64,000 bases of DNA from an uncultured virus (IMG/VR IMGVR_UViG_3300028833_000147) (IMGVR_UViG_3300028833_000147); one strand, 5' to 3'; positions 18,135-29,110 are shown, counted from the first letter of the stretch. Notes: generated by a model from the sequence alone, not told the origin. A program made the numbers and translations.

Positions 18135-20792
18135 ATGCGAGATTTTATTAAGAAGCAGATTCAGGAAAGAATGAATGTAGCTTCAAAAAATAACGAACCT
18201 GAAGAAGTTTCCAATGAAGCAATTCTTGAGTATGCTTCATTATTCCAGGAACTCGATGATCTTTCACTCGAAGGTTCCGAAGACGGAAATGCAAGAAAAC
18301 TCAGTATGGATATGCCTCTCGATGATGATGCTGAGCTCGAGACCGTTGAGTTCGATCTTGGTAGTGGTAAAGTAAAGGACGTACCCGATACAGCATCCAT
18401 TCAGGAATCATACAACGGTATGAAGACTTTTGATAAGTTCTATCAGGAGGCTTATGAATCTTTGACACGTCTTCCTCGTGAAAGTGAGGGAGGATTTGAA
18501 AGAAGAGTACGTGATTATGCCGAGGAGATGTACAATGAATACTGTGCTGATGCAGAAGCATGTGGCTACTTCGGATTCGATAAGATCAACATCTCCAATG
18601 ACAAAGTTCCTTCAAAACTCAATGTGAACTTTGGTACCATGAATGAGGGTTCTACCGATAACTTCGTTACCAAAGTAAACGCATTCTTTGCAACAGATGC
18701 TGATCACAATATAACACAGAAGCAGCTCGATTCAGTTGAGCTTGTTAAGAATGGTGCCCTGAAGCATATGGGATCATCTCTTAAAGCATATATGGAGAGT
18801 ACTTATGATGTTGATAAAGAAAGATCAGTATGGGATGTATGTACGCCCAAGACTCTCATAGTTCCCAAGGGCAATGCTGATTCATTCTGTGTTGTAGTTG
18901 AGTATACTAATGAGGTTACTGGTAAAAACGAATACTTCGGTTGGACAGCACCTGTTTCCAATACAGATGATACTATCACCATGGAATCATGTGAGAAATT
19001 CAATATGGAATCTTTCATAAATGAAACTCAGTATGAAAATCATGACAAGTTCATTCAGGAACAGAAAGAACTTGCTGTTGAAGAGCATATCGCACGTAGA
19101 GTTCGTCCTCAGCGTTTCTTCCAGGAAGCTATTGATCTTGGTGGAGACACTTCTACAGAAGCTCCTGCTACTGACGATACAGCTTCAACTGATACTGGTT
19201 CAACAGAAGGAGATGCCGATGCTTCCACAGAAGCTCCCGCAGATGAAAATAAGGAAACTGCCGCAGTGAACAATGTTTCTACAGAGATCGCTGAGAAGGT
19301 TGCTAATGATACACAGAATGATGCTGAATCAAACGACGAGCAGGTGACATTCTCTGATGAGACAAATCCTGATGCAAACATAAATACTCCTGATGCAGGA
19401 AGCCTTGATGATGCACCGGTTGAAGATGATATGGTGGGTGACGAAGGTGCTCCAAGTGATGATGCTGATAACATGCTCAATGATCTTGACACAAGTACTG
19501 ACGCTGGTGATGTCGGCGATGATTCAAATCTTGATGAAGAGCCCATTGAAGGTACTGATGAAGAAGGTACAGACGATGGCTCGACAGGAGATATTGAAAA
19601 CATAGATGATATGTCAGTAAACGATCTTCTCAAGATGGGTACAGAGTCTCTCAAGAACATGAAGGTTGGAGATCTCAAGAATCTGATCGCTTCTGGTGAT
19701 AATGAAGCTATTCAGGAGGCTTTTATCATCACATCAAAAAACGTCAATAAGGAAGTTGACATCAAGCTGAGAAAGTGCCTCGGTATTCTCAATGACAATA
19801 AGGATTCTGCAGACAAGATTCTTGTAAAGTTCAAGGGTGAAGGACATAAGCTCAACAGACTTCTTTCAAAGGCTGCTAAGATGACCCCCAAGGTTTATTC
19901 TTCGGATGAAGTTGCTTCTATCAAGAAACTCAATTCATCTCTCGGTGAGTTACTTCTTGCTCTGAGAAAGAAGCCTGAAAATTATGCTGCTGCAATCAAG
20001 GGTAAGATTGCAGACTTCAATAAGGAAGCTAAGGTAGTTGGTGCTATCATTGAGGATAAGCTTGGTAAGCAGAGTGAGGATGGCGTTCTTCAGGAAGGCT
20101 TTGTTCAGGAAGGTTTATTCCTTTCTTCAAGCAATGCTAAGAAGCGCCTTGGCAGAAAGATCACTCCTGTATATACTGACATGATGAGTATCGTTAAGAT
20201 GGCTGATGCACAATTACTCAACAAGGGTAAAATAAACAAGATGTACAAACCAGTCACTCGTACATCTACAAGTGGATGGACATATGAACCTGGCCAGAAT
20301 GGCGGTTTCGGTCATCAAACATCACAAACCAATGTCGTTGAATATAATACTCCCCAGAGTGAAAATCTGAACGAACTCCAGAGAATTCTTACAAAAATCA
20401 TTAGAAAACCAAAGGTTCAAAAAGCTTTCACATCCGATGAGATGGGTATGATATCAGAACTCATGGATCGTCTTGACGATTTTGTTGATCTTGTTGAAGC
20501 TCTTATCTATGATAACAGCAAGAGTGACAACACAGCTCTGATCGAAAAGATCGGTGAATACGCTAAGAAGATCGTTGAACTTCTCAATGGTCTTGGTGAG
20601 AACACTGGTTCACCCATGACAGGTAACGCCACTGATGATACATCCGTTGAATCTGAAGAAGATATCGTAGATCCCGCTACTGATGTAGAGTCAGAGACCA
20701 AGGAAGAAGAAGTTGAGATACCTGAGGATGATGAGGGTATCGAAGAAGAACCCGACGTAGAAGATGATGAAGAGGAAGGAGAAGATGAATAA
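18135..20792 (+). CDS. acidic virion head/internal protein with multiple xQE/xME motifs
   Basis: 885 aa with long D/E-rich linkers and recurring IQES, YQEA, FQEA, IQEA, LQEG, VQEG, resembling prohead-protease cleavage sites. Confidence 0.6.
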   Translation: MRDFIKKQIQERMNVASKNNEPEEVSNEAILEYASLFQELDDLSLEGSEDGNARKLSMDMPLDDDAELETVEFDLGSGKVKDVPDTASIQESYNGMKTFDKFYQEAYESLTRLPRESEGGFERRVRDYAEEMYNEYCADAEACGYFGFDKINISNDKVPSKLNVNFGTMNEGSTDNFVTKVNAFFATDADHNITQKQLDSVELVKNGALKHMGSSLKAYMESTYDVDKERSVWDVCTPKTLIVPKGNADSFCVVVEYTNEVTGKNEYFGWTAPVSNTDDTITMESCEKFNMESFINETQYENHDKFIQEQKELAVEEHIARRVRPQRFFQEAIDLGGDTSTEAPATDDTASTDTGSTEGDADASTEAPADENKETAAVNNVSTEIAEKVANDTQNDAESNDEQVTFSDETNPDANINTPDAGSLDDAPVEDDMVGDEGAPSDDADNMLNDLDTSTDAGDVGDDSNLDEEPIEGTDEEGTDDGSTGDIENIDDMSVNDLLKMGTESLKNMKVGDLKNLIASGDNEAIQEAFIITSKNVNKEVDIKLRKCLGILNDNKDSADKILVKFKGEGHKLNRLLSKAAKMTPKVYSSDEVASIKKLNSSLGELLLALRKKPENYAAAIKGKIADFNKEAKVVGAIIEDKLGKQSEDGVLQEGFVQEGLFLSSSNAKKRLGRKITPVYTDMMSIVKMADAQLLNKGKINKMYKPVTRTSTSGWTYEPGQNGGFGHQTSQTNVVEYNTPQSENLNELQRILTKIIRKPKVQKAFTSDEMGMISELMDRLDDFVDLVEALIYDNSKSDNTALIEKIGEYAKKIVELLNGLGENTGSPMTGNATDDTSVESEEDIVDPATDVESETKEEEVEIPEDDEGIEEEPDVEDDEEEGEDE

Positions 20793-21598
20793 TGCCTAAC
20801 AATGTAAAAGACATGTTGGATTCAATTATCAATAACACAGATAATTCATATCCTGCTGATAAGGGTCCTGCAATAAAAAAGGATACTGTTGGAGCTACAA
20901 TCACAGCAAACAACTTTCATCCTCAGACTTTCGATTCTGGAAAGTTCAAGGAGAAGTTGAGTCTTTATGTACTTCATGATCTCGTAGATGCTATGATGGC
21001 TGATGATACTGCCGGTCTGGATGAAATGGTAGATAAGTCAATCATGAAGCATATCAATGATAACTATGATGGCTCATGCTATGGTTATCTTTGTGCTGCA
21101 AGAGATCGTCTCAAGTCACCTCTTCTTACTGGTGTAATCCAGGAAGTTGATGACATCACAGAAGAGACTGAGGATAAACTTACCGAAACAAAAGACGATG
21201 ATACTCTTGCTGGTGAGATCAATATCCAGCTTCTTCTCAAAGATGTAACAGACTATGATACATTCCGCGAGAAGTTGAAAGATGCTGTATCAAAGAAGGT
21301 TGTTGATGATGTATATGGCGTTGTAACAAAGAGTAACGATGCACCTGTATTCGATGACCTTGATGAGGAACTCGAGAAGAAGGATCAGGATGATGTTAAG
21401 AAGGAAGAAGATGTAACTGAAGAATCAGTTATAATGCGTCTTACCGGTGCTATTGTAACAGAATCAGCTATTGAGTCCAAGCGCATCTCTACTGAAGATG
21501 CTATGGATCAGGCAATAGTTGAGTACTGCTTACACGAACTTGATATGTGTTTCAAGTCTACACCAAAGACATCTTTCTGGGACAGCCATAAGTTCTAA
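20792..21598 (+). CDS. putative head-associated protein
   Basis: 268 aa acidic ORF coupled to the previous gene; contains IQE, VTES and IES. Confidence 0.6.
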   Translation: MPNNVKDMLDSIINNTDNSYPADKGPAIKKDTVGATITANNFHPQTFDSGKFKEKLSLYVLHDLVDAMMADDTAGLDEMVDKSIMKHINDNYDGSCYGYLCAARDRLKSPLLTGVIQEVDDITEETEDKLTETKDDDTLAGEINIQLLLKDVTDYDTFREKLKDAVSKKVVDDVYGVVTKSNDAPVFDDLDEELEKKDQDDVKKEEDVTEESVIMRLTGAIVTESAIESKRISTEDAMDQAIVEYCLHELDMCFKSTPKTSFWDSHKF

Positions 21599-21609
21599 GA
21601 AAAAAAAAT

Positions 21610-21636
21610 AATGACGGGGCATAATGCCCCGTCATT
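21610..21636. terminator. bidirectional terminator between convergent genes
   Basis: AATGACGGGGCA-taa-TGCCCCGTCATT flanked by A- and T-rich tracts. Confidence 0.85.
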
Positions 21637-21640
21637 TATA

Positions 21641-22051
21641 TTATTCATCATCCATTACCGCAATATCAACCACGTTTGCAACGTGATCAACTTTTGCGTT
21701 TATTATTTCATTCTGCATTGCTACATCGTCAATGCGCATTGCATCAATTCGTGCATTCAATGCATTTATCCTTGACTCATATGAAGCAAGTATGGTTTGC
21801 TGGTTTAATTTCAGCGCTTCCATACTTTTCTTATTTTCTCTTCTGTCTATTAGCTGCATTATCAATGATACTGCTGTTGTAGCTTCGAGAACAGAAACTT
21901 CAACCGTACGAATCTTATTTGATTTTTCGATTTTCTTGATTCGTCTATTGTTGAAGACGTGGTTTCCTGTTGAAAGGGCACCACCGGCTAAACCGATGGC
22001 ACCAAGTACGGCCATATCAATTATCATCTTCTGCTTCCTCCGCAAGAACAT
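21641..22051 (-). CDS. membrane-anchored coiled-coil protein
   Basis: Hydrophobic AVLGAIGLAGGAL segment followed by heptad-like helices; true start is probably MIIDM. Confidence 0.65.
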   Translation of the reverse strand: MFLRRKQKMIIDMAVLGAIGLAGGALSTGNHVFNNRRIKKIEKSNKIRTVEVSVLEATTAVSLIMQLIDRRENKKSMEALKLNQQTILASYESRINALNARIDAMRIDDVAMQNEIINAKVDHVANVVDIAVMDDE

Positions 22052-22406
22052 CGTCGACTGTTATATCGGATATCTCGATGTAATCATCATCATCGGCATT
22101 CGAGAACTTTTCTTTCATCTTATTGAATTTTTCGTTGACAACTTCTTTGTCGTTGGAGATAAGCTCACAGAACTTTTTCTCTGTGTTTTCGAGATCACTT
22201 TTAAGTTTGCTGAGTTTATCATCACTCTTTGATTTTATATGGAGCTGGTTTTTTGTCTTGTGTAACATGATACATTGTACAATGTATCCAATACCAAGAC
22301 CTATAAGGCCACCTGTCACGACCTTGTTTCTCTTGTTTACTCTGTCGAGCTCGGCCTTGTTTTTGTTCGCATTACGAACATTGTCAAATGTTTCTTTGAT
22401 TCCCAT
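22017..22406 (-). CDS. membrane-anchored coiled-coil protein
   Basis: Start MGIKETF after AAGGAGG (track starts at 22454); TM segment VVTGGLIGLGIGYIV and an acidic tail. Confidence 0.7.
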   Translation of the reverse strand: MGIKETFDNVRNANKNKAELDRVNKRNKVVTGGLIGLGIGYIVQCIMLHKTKNQLHIKSKSDDKLSKLKSDLENTEKKFCELISNDKEVVNEKFNKMKEKFSNADDDDYIEISDITVDDVLAEEAEDDN

Positions 22407-22456
22407 ATATGGTTCCTCCTTAGAATAGATACAAGATACGTCTACCTTGTTCATAT

Positions 22457-22495
22457 TAATAATATATATTTAAATTGAAGAAATATATATTATTA
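22457..22495. promoter_or_regulatory. back-to-back divergent promoter motifs (15-bp perfect inverted repeat)
   Basis: TAATAATATATATTT-aaattgaag-AAATATATATTATTA lies between divergent genes. Confidence 0.65.
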
Positions 22496-22516
22496 TCCAG
22501 AAAGGAGGAAGATATC

Positions 22517-23113
22517 ATGACAATAGAAGAGGCCAAAGCTTTGATATCTCAAGATAATGTTGATAGACTAAAGAATGTCGTTAGTCCAAAACCAACAGTT
22601 TCTATCAGTACTAAAACAAATATGGACATAATCATGTCTGCATTGTGTACAGCTGTTTCAAATGGAGTAATAAAAGAATCGTCTTTAGATATGTCAATAA
22701 TAAAATTATTGAATTCATCAACATCTACATTATCCGCAGTAAAGGTTGGTAAAATTTTATCAATACTTAGAAAAAATCAAAAGGATATGACTTGTACTAT
22801 TACACTTAAGACAGCTGATGCAAGAACTGTTGTTGAGGAGTGGGTATTTACTGGACCAGAGGTATATTTCAATAGAATCTTTGAATATGTCGTGGATAAG
22901 TTTGACATCACTCCTGCAAAAATACGTTCAGAGTTGGGAAAAATGTTTCAGATGACCATCGTGAATAATGTTGCTCAGTTCCTTGGTAAGTATGAAACAT
23001 TGAAAACTGATGAAGAACGTAAGAAAGAAAACATATCAATCTCTACAATAACAAGACTGGTGAATATGTCACACCATCTCTTGTATGCAGAATTTGTAGA
23101 AAGGAAATATTAA
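22517..23113 (+). CDS. hypothetical protein
   Basis: Start MTIEEAK after AAAGGAGG (track starts at 22475). Confidence 0.75.
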   Translation: MTIEEAKALISQDNVDRLKNVVSPKPTVSISTKTNMDIIMSALCTAVSNGVIKESSLDMSIIKLLNSSTSTLSAVKVGKILSILRKNQKDMTCTITLKTADARTVVEEWVFTGPEVYFNRIFEYVVDKFDITPAKIRSELGKMFQMTIVNNVAQFLGKYETLKTDEERKKENISISTITRLVNMSHHLLYAEFVERKY

Positions 23114-23139
23114 AAAGAGGGGGATTAACCCCCTCTTTT
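23113..23139. terminator. bidirectional terminator
   Basis: AAAAGAGGGGG-attaa-CCCCCTCTTTT between convergent genes. Confidence 0.8.
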
Positions 23140-23391
23140 ATTTTTTACTATTTGGCGTAATTCACTTGTGAATTCATCTAAATGATTAGCATCATATGAA
23201 GTTAATGATGCTAATTCTTCATTGGACAATTGTACATCAAATGCCTCTTTGATGTCATTGAACAATTTATCCGATATAATTGACGGATCATCAATGTTTG
23301 GATTATAAATCACTTTATTGAGATCCATCGGCACCCCTGTAATATCGTCTAAACAAACAAATGGAACACCACTCATATCCTTGAAAAACAC
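23125..23391 (-). CDS. small hypothetical protein
   Basis: 88 aa, GTG start with a GGAGGTGA RBS. Confidence 0.6.
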   Translation of the reverse strand: MFFKDMSGVPFVCLDDITGVPMDLNKVIYNPNIDDPSIISDKLFNDIKEAFDVQLSNEELASLTSYDANHLDEFTSELRQIVKNKRGG

Positions 23392-23464
23392 TTTAATTCA
23401 CCTCCGTTCGGACTGATTTGTAATTGTCATAAGACAAAAATTTATAACAAAGGAGAGTTGGTCA

Positions 23465-26400
23465 ATGATTCCTATGAAACAACCTGCGATTGATTTATCA
23501 CGTGGATTAAATTTTTTACCACAGAAAAATCGATATAATCTCCCTGATAAAAAGAATAATGTTTCAGTATTCTTAATATCAAATTCATTCGAATATGATA
23601 TCGAGTTAATTAAACACATGTCCACTGGTACTTCAATAAATTATAAAAATATAGCAATACCCAGAGTTGCATCAGTTAGCTTCGGTTCTAGCATTATGAA
23701 ATATAACCTGAACGAAAATGAAGCTCGTAGACGTGGTGAATATATTAGAGGAAAGAAAATCATTCCTCCAGTAACTCCAATTATCTCGGGATTCAACAAA
23801 GCGGATTCAACCAATGTTTATATTCCATTTTCAGATATCATGAAGAGTGCAACGGCAGCATTAAGAAACATGACTGAGGAAGCAGTATCGGAAAATATTA
23901 TTAATATATTTAATAATGTATTATCCGTGTTTGCATCAAATATGAAAGATAAAGTCGTTGTAATCGATACTACAAAATTCAAGTTATGCAAATCAGCATC
24001 TAAAGGAAATTACAAGTCTGATATAGTAAATGCTTTGTTGTCATCATGTGTACTTAATCCTTCTCCAAAAATAAGAAAGTTTAATACCATTCTTATATTC
24101 CATGCAAATGATGCGGATTATAAGTTCGACTTCAGATTATTTGAAGAACGTGATATTGATCGCATGAAATCAATGATGTCTGAAATCGGTACAATCGGAG
24201 AGATGACATCAACTAGCAATGATGAAGCCGGTGAATCATTTGATGATTTTGTTGATAATGAAAACTTGGATGCAGACATTGAGGCTAAACCTGATGATGA
24301 TACAAAACCAGAGGTTGATGATGAGGTTAAAAACATAAATGCTATCAATGATAATGCAACATCATCCATCAAAGATACATTGAACAAACTTGCTACATCT
24401 CTCAAACCAAAAGCCGATATCAATCCCGAAGGATCAGGTGATGATAACATTGAGAAGGATGCTTTGTACAATGTCAAAACAATGGATATTAATGCAAAGC
24501 TTATCCAGAAAATAACACCTGCAACCCAGACAGTCAATAGTTACAATAAACTATCAGCTGAACTTACTTCGACCCAGGGTAATACTGTTGAAGATAACAT
24601 TATGAAATCAACTGTAAAGACCATATCAAAGGATGTGGTTCCTGCGGATGAAACATCAGTAATGAATACAACAACCAGCGAGCGTGAACGTCAGATACGT
24701 GAGAAACTTGGTAAGGTTAAATTGAACAACGTAACGTTCAATACAATCACCTCAATAACTGATGTACCTAAACCAGCGGCATTAACACCCCTGCATCTGT
24801 CGACAACATCTACGGCCGCAGTAAAGGGTACAGGATTCACTCGTATAGCAAAGGAATATGAAGATAAACTACTTGATCGTGATATCGTTGCAACATTCAT
24901 GAACTTTTCTAAATTACCAGATGGATTCTATGTAACTGACGTAAATGTTACAGATGTTTCAACACCTCTAAGTTTGGTAAATAACTGGAAAGTCACATTA
25001 AAGAATAAGGCTAATGATCGTCAATCCATAATCAATATACGTATACCAAAAGTAATCAATGGTAGATTCTATAACAACGGCATCTGGTATAACATAGGTA
25101 AGCAAGACTTTCCTATTCCGATATTGAAGATAAACAAGAGAACTGTTATGCTGACAAGTAATTATAACAAGATTACTTGTGAAAGATATGATACACGTTC
25201 TCTCGTTGATTTGTCAATGGTTATGAAAATCATCGATAAATTAACAGATACCGAAGGTAGAAACAAATATGTTCGTGTTGGTAATTCATCAAACACGAAC
25301 TCAAGATTCGTATCTACAATCGAATACGATGAGTATGCTAGAAAGTGGGTTCAATTCATAAATAAAGAATCTGCTCTCGAAATACGATTCAATCGTGTTC
25401 AATGTCAAAAACAATATGGTTTCGTAACAGTACAACCCAATGAGTTCTGTTGTGGAATGATCAATCAGGTTCCGATAGTTGTTAATACTGAAACTGGATT
25501 GACACGTTCTGGAGAAACTATAACTGATATAATCATAAAGAGTCTTCCTCAGGATCTACAGCTCGAATACCGTAAACAGAAACCTGGTAAACTTGCAATG
25601 TATTCTCAGATCACAATCGGTGTAACAGTTCCTCTTGGTGTTACAATTGCTGCATGGGAAGGAATGTCATCTCTCTTAAAGAAAAGCGGGGTAACATACA
25701 AATTTGTCGAAGAAAAATTCGATGATGTTCATTTCTTTAAGATTCCTTTCAAAGATAGGATCCTTGCTATCGAAAACAGTGTTCCAAATCAGTTATTGTT
25801 TAACGGCTTCTATCGTATCAATACAAAGAATTATAACTTCTCAGAATTTGAAACTCCGATCATGAATTCTAATTCAGTATTCGTTGATATATACAACAAT
25901 CTATTCTTTAAACAATATTCACAATTAACAACATTCATCACATATTATAATTTCTTTGTTGATCCTATAACAGCTGATGTGTGTGATCATTATCATATTC
26001 CAAATGATATCGCTGGTATGCTGATATATGCATCTAATCTCTTGGCGGATAACAATCATACATCAGAAAATAATGCATCACTGTATAGAATACGTTCTTC
26101 TGAGATTATACCTGCTATAGTACATTACAGATTGGCATTTGCTATATCAAGATATAATAACAGTGTTGGATCAAAAGCAAGAGGTAATAATATTCCATTC
26201 AACCCAATGGAAGTAATTAATGAACTTCTTGCTGTACCAAACGTTGAACCGATGTCAGCATTGAATCCTATGGTAGAACTTCATATGCGTGAGAATATTA
26301 CCAAGAAGGGATTCAAAGGTGTTAACTCGGATAGATCATATACAGTTGACAAGAGAAACTATGAAGATACGATGATCGGCAAAATGGCTCTGTCATCACC

Positions 26401-27742
26401 AAACAATGCGAATGTTGGTATCAACCGTCAACTTGTTGCTGATCCGAAGATTGAATCTGTTCGTGGATATACATCTACAGCAGGTCCTGAAACCAATTTC
26501 AATGATCTTCAGTTAGCATCATTCTCCGAGTTACTCACTCCGGGTACAGTTACACGTGATGATGCTATCCGTACGGCAATTGCAACATCACAAACATCAC
26601 ATATCGTTCCAACAGTTGCTGCAGAACCAGTATTGATTTCGAATGGTGTTGATGAGATTGTATCTGCAAACTTAACAGAAGAATTCTCATATGTTGCACC
26701 AGAGGATGGTACAGTCATTGATAAGAATGATGATTATATCATACTCCAATTCAAATCAGGTAAAAAGAAAGCTGTCAATCTGGCACATAAACCATCATTC
26801 AACTCCGGTTCAGGTTTCTATGTAGACAACCATCTTATTACTGATTATGATGTCAATGATAAGTTCAAGAAGGGTGATGTTATCGCATACCATGAAAGGT
26901 TCTTCACAAAAGGCATTGATGGAGTCGTTCGTATGAATGTTGGTCCGTTGGCTAAATGTGTATTTGCGAATATCTATTCAACATATGAAGACGCTGGACT
27001 GATAACTCATAAGATGTCTAAGAAGTTAGGCACGTCACTATCAATGATGCAGTCTGTCCCGATTGATGCACTTGATGACATTGATTCAATCGTTAAGGTT
27101 GGAGATGAAGTTGAGATTGGTGATCCACTCATAGTATTCGGTATTGGTGATACAGGCGATAAGTCAGTGGACAACTTCTTGAAAGCTTTCCAGAATAAAG
27201 ACACCAATTCTGTTTTGGATAATGCAAAACGAGTTGTTCGTGCAAAGAACCCGGGTAGAGTATTTGATGTAAGAATGTATACAACAAAGAGTATGGATAA
27301 ACTATCACCATCGTTGTATAAACTTCTTGATGATTACTTCAAGAAAAATATACAGAGAAAGAAAATACTTGATAAGTATGATAAGACTGATTCTGTATAT
27401 AAACTTGATACATTATACACATTACCTACTGAACCATTGAAGGGCACTGCTATAAAGGGAAGAACATGTGATGTTCTGATAGAAATATATATCGAACATG
27501 AAGATGAAGCATCAGTTGGTGATAAACTTGCAATGTATGGTGCATCTAAACAGGTTCTTTCCGAGGTCATCCCTGAAGGTCTTGAACCATATGCTGAATC
27601 TGATCCAACAGAAGAAATATCATTGTTCGTATCAAACTCAGGTATTCTCAAACGTATGATTCCGTCCCTTGTTGTTACTGCATCAGGTAACAAAGTTTTA
27701 GTTAATCTGAAACGTAAGATGAAACAAATATGGGAAAGCTAA
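23465..27742 (+). CDS. phage multisubunit RNA polymerase beta-like subunit (probably virion RNAP, phiKZ gp178-like)
   Basis: SSPNNANVGINRQL, DDAIRTAIATSQTSH, YEDAGLI, VKVGDEVEIGDPL, GDKLAMYGASKQV and KRM. Has a long N-terminal extension and lacks the beta C-terminus (split). Lies among virion genes. Confidence 0.9.
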   Translation: MIPMKQPAIDLSRGLNFLPQKNRYNLPDKKNNVSVFLISNSFEYDIELIKHMSTGTSINYKNIAIPRVASVSFGSSIMKYNLNENEARRRGEYIRGKKIIPPVTPIISGFNKADSTNVYIPFSDIMKSATAALRNMTEEAVSENIINIFNNVLSVFASNMKDKVVVIDTTKFKLCKSASKGNYKSDIVNALLSSCVLNPSPKIRKFNTILIFHANDADYKFDFRLFEERDIDRMKSMMSEIGTIGEMTSTSNDEAGESFDDFVDNENLDADIEAKPDDDTKPEVDDEVKNINAINDNATSSIKDTLNKLATSLKPKADINPEGSGDDNIEKDALYNVKTMDINAKLIQKITPATQTVNSYNKLSAELTSTQGNTVEDNIMKSTVKTISKDVVPADETSVMNTTTSERERQIREKLGKVKLNNVTFNTITSITDVPKPAALTPLHLSTTSTAAVKGTGFTRIAKEYEDKLLDRDIVATFMNFSKLPDGFYVTDVNVTDVSTPLSLVNNWKVTLKNKANDRQSIINIRIPKVINGRFYNNGIWYNIGKQDFPIPILKINKRTVMLTSNYNKITCERYDTRSLVDLSMVMKIIDKLTDTEGRNKYVRVGNSSNTNSRFVSTIEYDEYARKWVQFINKESALEIRFNRVQCQKQYGFVTVQPNEFCCGMINQVPIVVNTETGLTRSGETITDIIIKSLPQDLQLEYRKQKPGKLAMYSQITIGVTVPLGVTIAAWEGMSSLLKKSGVTYKFVEEKFDDVHFFKIPFKDRILAIENSVPNQLLFNGFYRINTKNYNFSEFETPIMNSNSVFVDIYNNLFFKQYSQLTTFITYYNFFVDPITADVCDHYHIPNDIAGMLIYASNLLADNNHTSENNASLYRIRSSEIIPAIVHYRLAFAISRYNNSVGSKARGNNIPFNPMEVINELLAVPNVEPMSALNPMVELHMRENITKKGFKGVNSDRSYTVDKRNYEDTMIGKMALSSPNNANVGINRQLVADPKIESVRGYTSTAGPETNFNDLQLASFSELLTPGTVTRDDAIRTAIATSQTSHIVPTVAAEPVLISNGVDEIVSANLTEEFSYVAPEDGTVIDKNDDYIILQFKSGKKKAVNLAHKPSFNSGSGFYVDNHLITDYDVNDKFKKGDVIAYHERFFTKGIDGVVRMNVGPLAKCVFANIYSTYEDAGLITHKMSKKLGTSLSMMQSVPIDALDDIDSIVKVGDEVEIGDPLIVFGIGDTGDKSVDNFLKAFQNKDTNSVLDNAKRVVRAKNPGRVFDVRMYTTKSMDKLSPSLYKLLDDYFKKNIQRKKILDKYDKTDSVYKLDTLYTLPTEPLKGTAIKGRTCDVLIEIYIEHEDEASVGDKLAMYGASKQVLSEVIPEGLEPYAESDPTEEISLFVSNSGILKRMIPSLVVTASGNKVLVNLKRKMKQIWES

Positions 27743-27761
27743 TATAAGGAGTGAATGCTAA

Positions 27762-29081
27762 ATGATTACTAACGAAATACTTGAATCAATAGATGAAGTG
27801 TCAAATGTTACACTTGAATCTATGATAGATGTCTATACTTCATTATGTGCTGAATACGAAAAGAGTGCCGTTATAATGGAAGAGTGTTCTGGAGATATAT
27901 CTGGATATGCAATCTTCCAGGAAGGTGCTGTTTCGGATGAAGTAAAGAAACTCGGTGAGGGTCAGAATACGTTTGTACGTATTCTGACTTTGATCCCCCG
28001 AATCATAATGGCTCTATTCAAAGTCATAAAAAATAAACTCAGTAAATCTATCGAAAAGGCTGATAAGGAAAGTAAGCGTCTTGGTAAGACATTATCAAAA
28101 ATGACTGAAGATGTTAAACAGAAGCTTTTCGGCAAGACTGATAAGGGTACCAAAACAAAAGCTATCATGGCAGCAACAGGTCTCAGTATAATTGGAGCTG
28201 TCATTGGTGGTAAGAAAATCCATGAAAAGATCGATGAGAAAAATTGGAAGAATAAAACCGGTAAGTATGCTCCTGAAAAGATAAAAGAGAAGACTGATAA
28301 ACTGGTTGAGGATTCACTCAAGAATTCCAAGATCGTCGATAAGGATGGTAATCCTGTGGATATGACAAATGAAGAAAATAAAGAAAAACTCAAAAATCAT
28401 ATCGATGAAAAGAATAAGGGTGAAACTAAAGCAGCTGAGAAGCCTGCTGAGGAAAAGAAGGAACCTGAAGTTCCGGCAAACATAAATAAAGTAATCGAAG
28501 CTTTTGATGATCTTGACAAGTTCTATAAAAAATATGAAGAAGTTGGATCAAAATATAATACACCAATATCATATAAAAACGGACAAATATACATAGAAGA
28601 AGGAGTATCAAAAACCGTTGATAAAATTATATCAACACTAAATGATTTTGATAAGATAATGAATGGTGGTAATCCAAAAAAGTTGGGTGTGAAATATAAT
28701 GATAATAATACACTCGATGATTTGATAACCGAAGATACATTTGAAAAATGTGTATCAAGAATAAATAAAGCCACAAAAGATCTTGAAAACAATAGTGTTC
28801 GTCAAAAAGAAATAGAATCAAAAATAAAGGAATTTTCCGATAAATATGGAGCTATGAGTAAAGAAGAAAAGAAAAGTCTGAACAATAAGGAAAATTCAAA
28901 ATATATTTTGATTGCTAAGATTGGTGGACGACTCGGTGTATTACAGGATATAGTCAACATAAATATCCAGAAATGGACAAATGTTATTGCTGTAATAAAA
29001 ACTGTCAATGATTGTTTTGAAGTATCAGATACAAAAGACGACAGCTACAAAATCAACACAGATGAAGCAGACAAAAAATAA
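27762..29081 (+). CDS. putative internal head protein, paralog of 44108..45469
   Basis: Acidic N-terminal ~55 aa ending IFQEG, followed by IPRIIMALFKVI and a Lys-rich body. Confidence 0.6.
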   Translation: MITNEILESIDEVSNVTLESMIDVYTSLCAEYEKSAVIMEECSGDISGYAIFQEGAVSDEVKKLGEGQNTFVRILTLIPRIIMALFKVIKNKLSKSIEKADKESKRLGKTLSKMTEDVKQKLFGKTDKGTKTKAIMAATGLSIIGAVIGGKKIHEKIDEKNWKNKTGKYAPEKIKEKTDKLVEDSLKNSKIVDKDGNPVDMTNEENKEKLKNHIDEKNKGETKAAEKPAEEKKEPEVPANINKVIEAFDDLDKFYKKYEEVGSKYNTPISYKNGQIYIEEGVSKTVDKIISTLNDFDKIMNGGNPKKLGVKYNDNNTLDDLITEDTFEKCVSRINKATKDLENNSVRQKEIESKIKEFSDKYGAMSKEEKKSLNNKENSKYILIAKIGGRLGVLQDIVNINIQKWTNVIAVIKTVNDCFEVSDTKDDSYKINTDEADKK

Positions 29082-29086
29082 AATGG

Positions 29087-29110
29087 TAGAGGGGGATTTC
29101 TCCCCCTCTA
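29087..29110. terminator. bidirectional terminator
   Basis: TAGAGGGGGA-tttc-TCCCCCTCTA between convergent genes. Confidence 0.75.
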
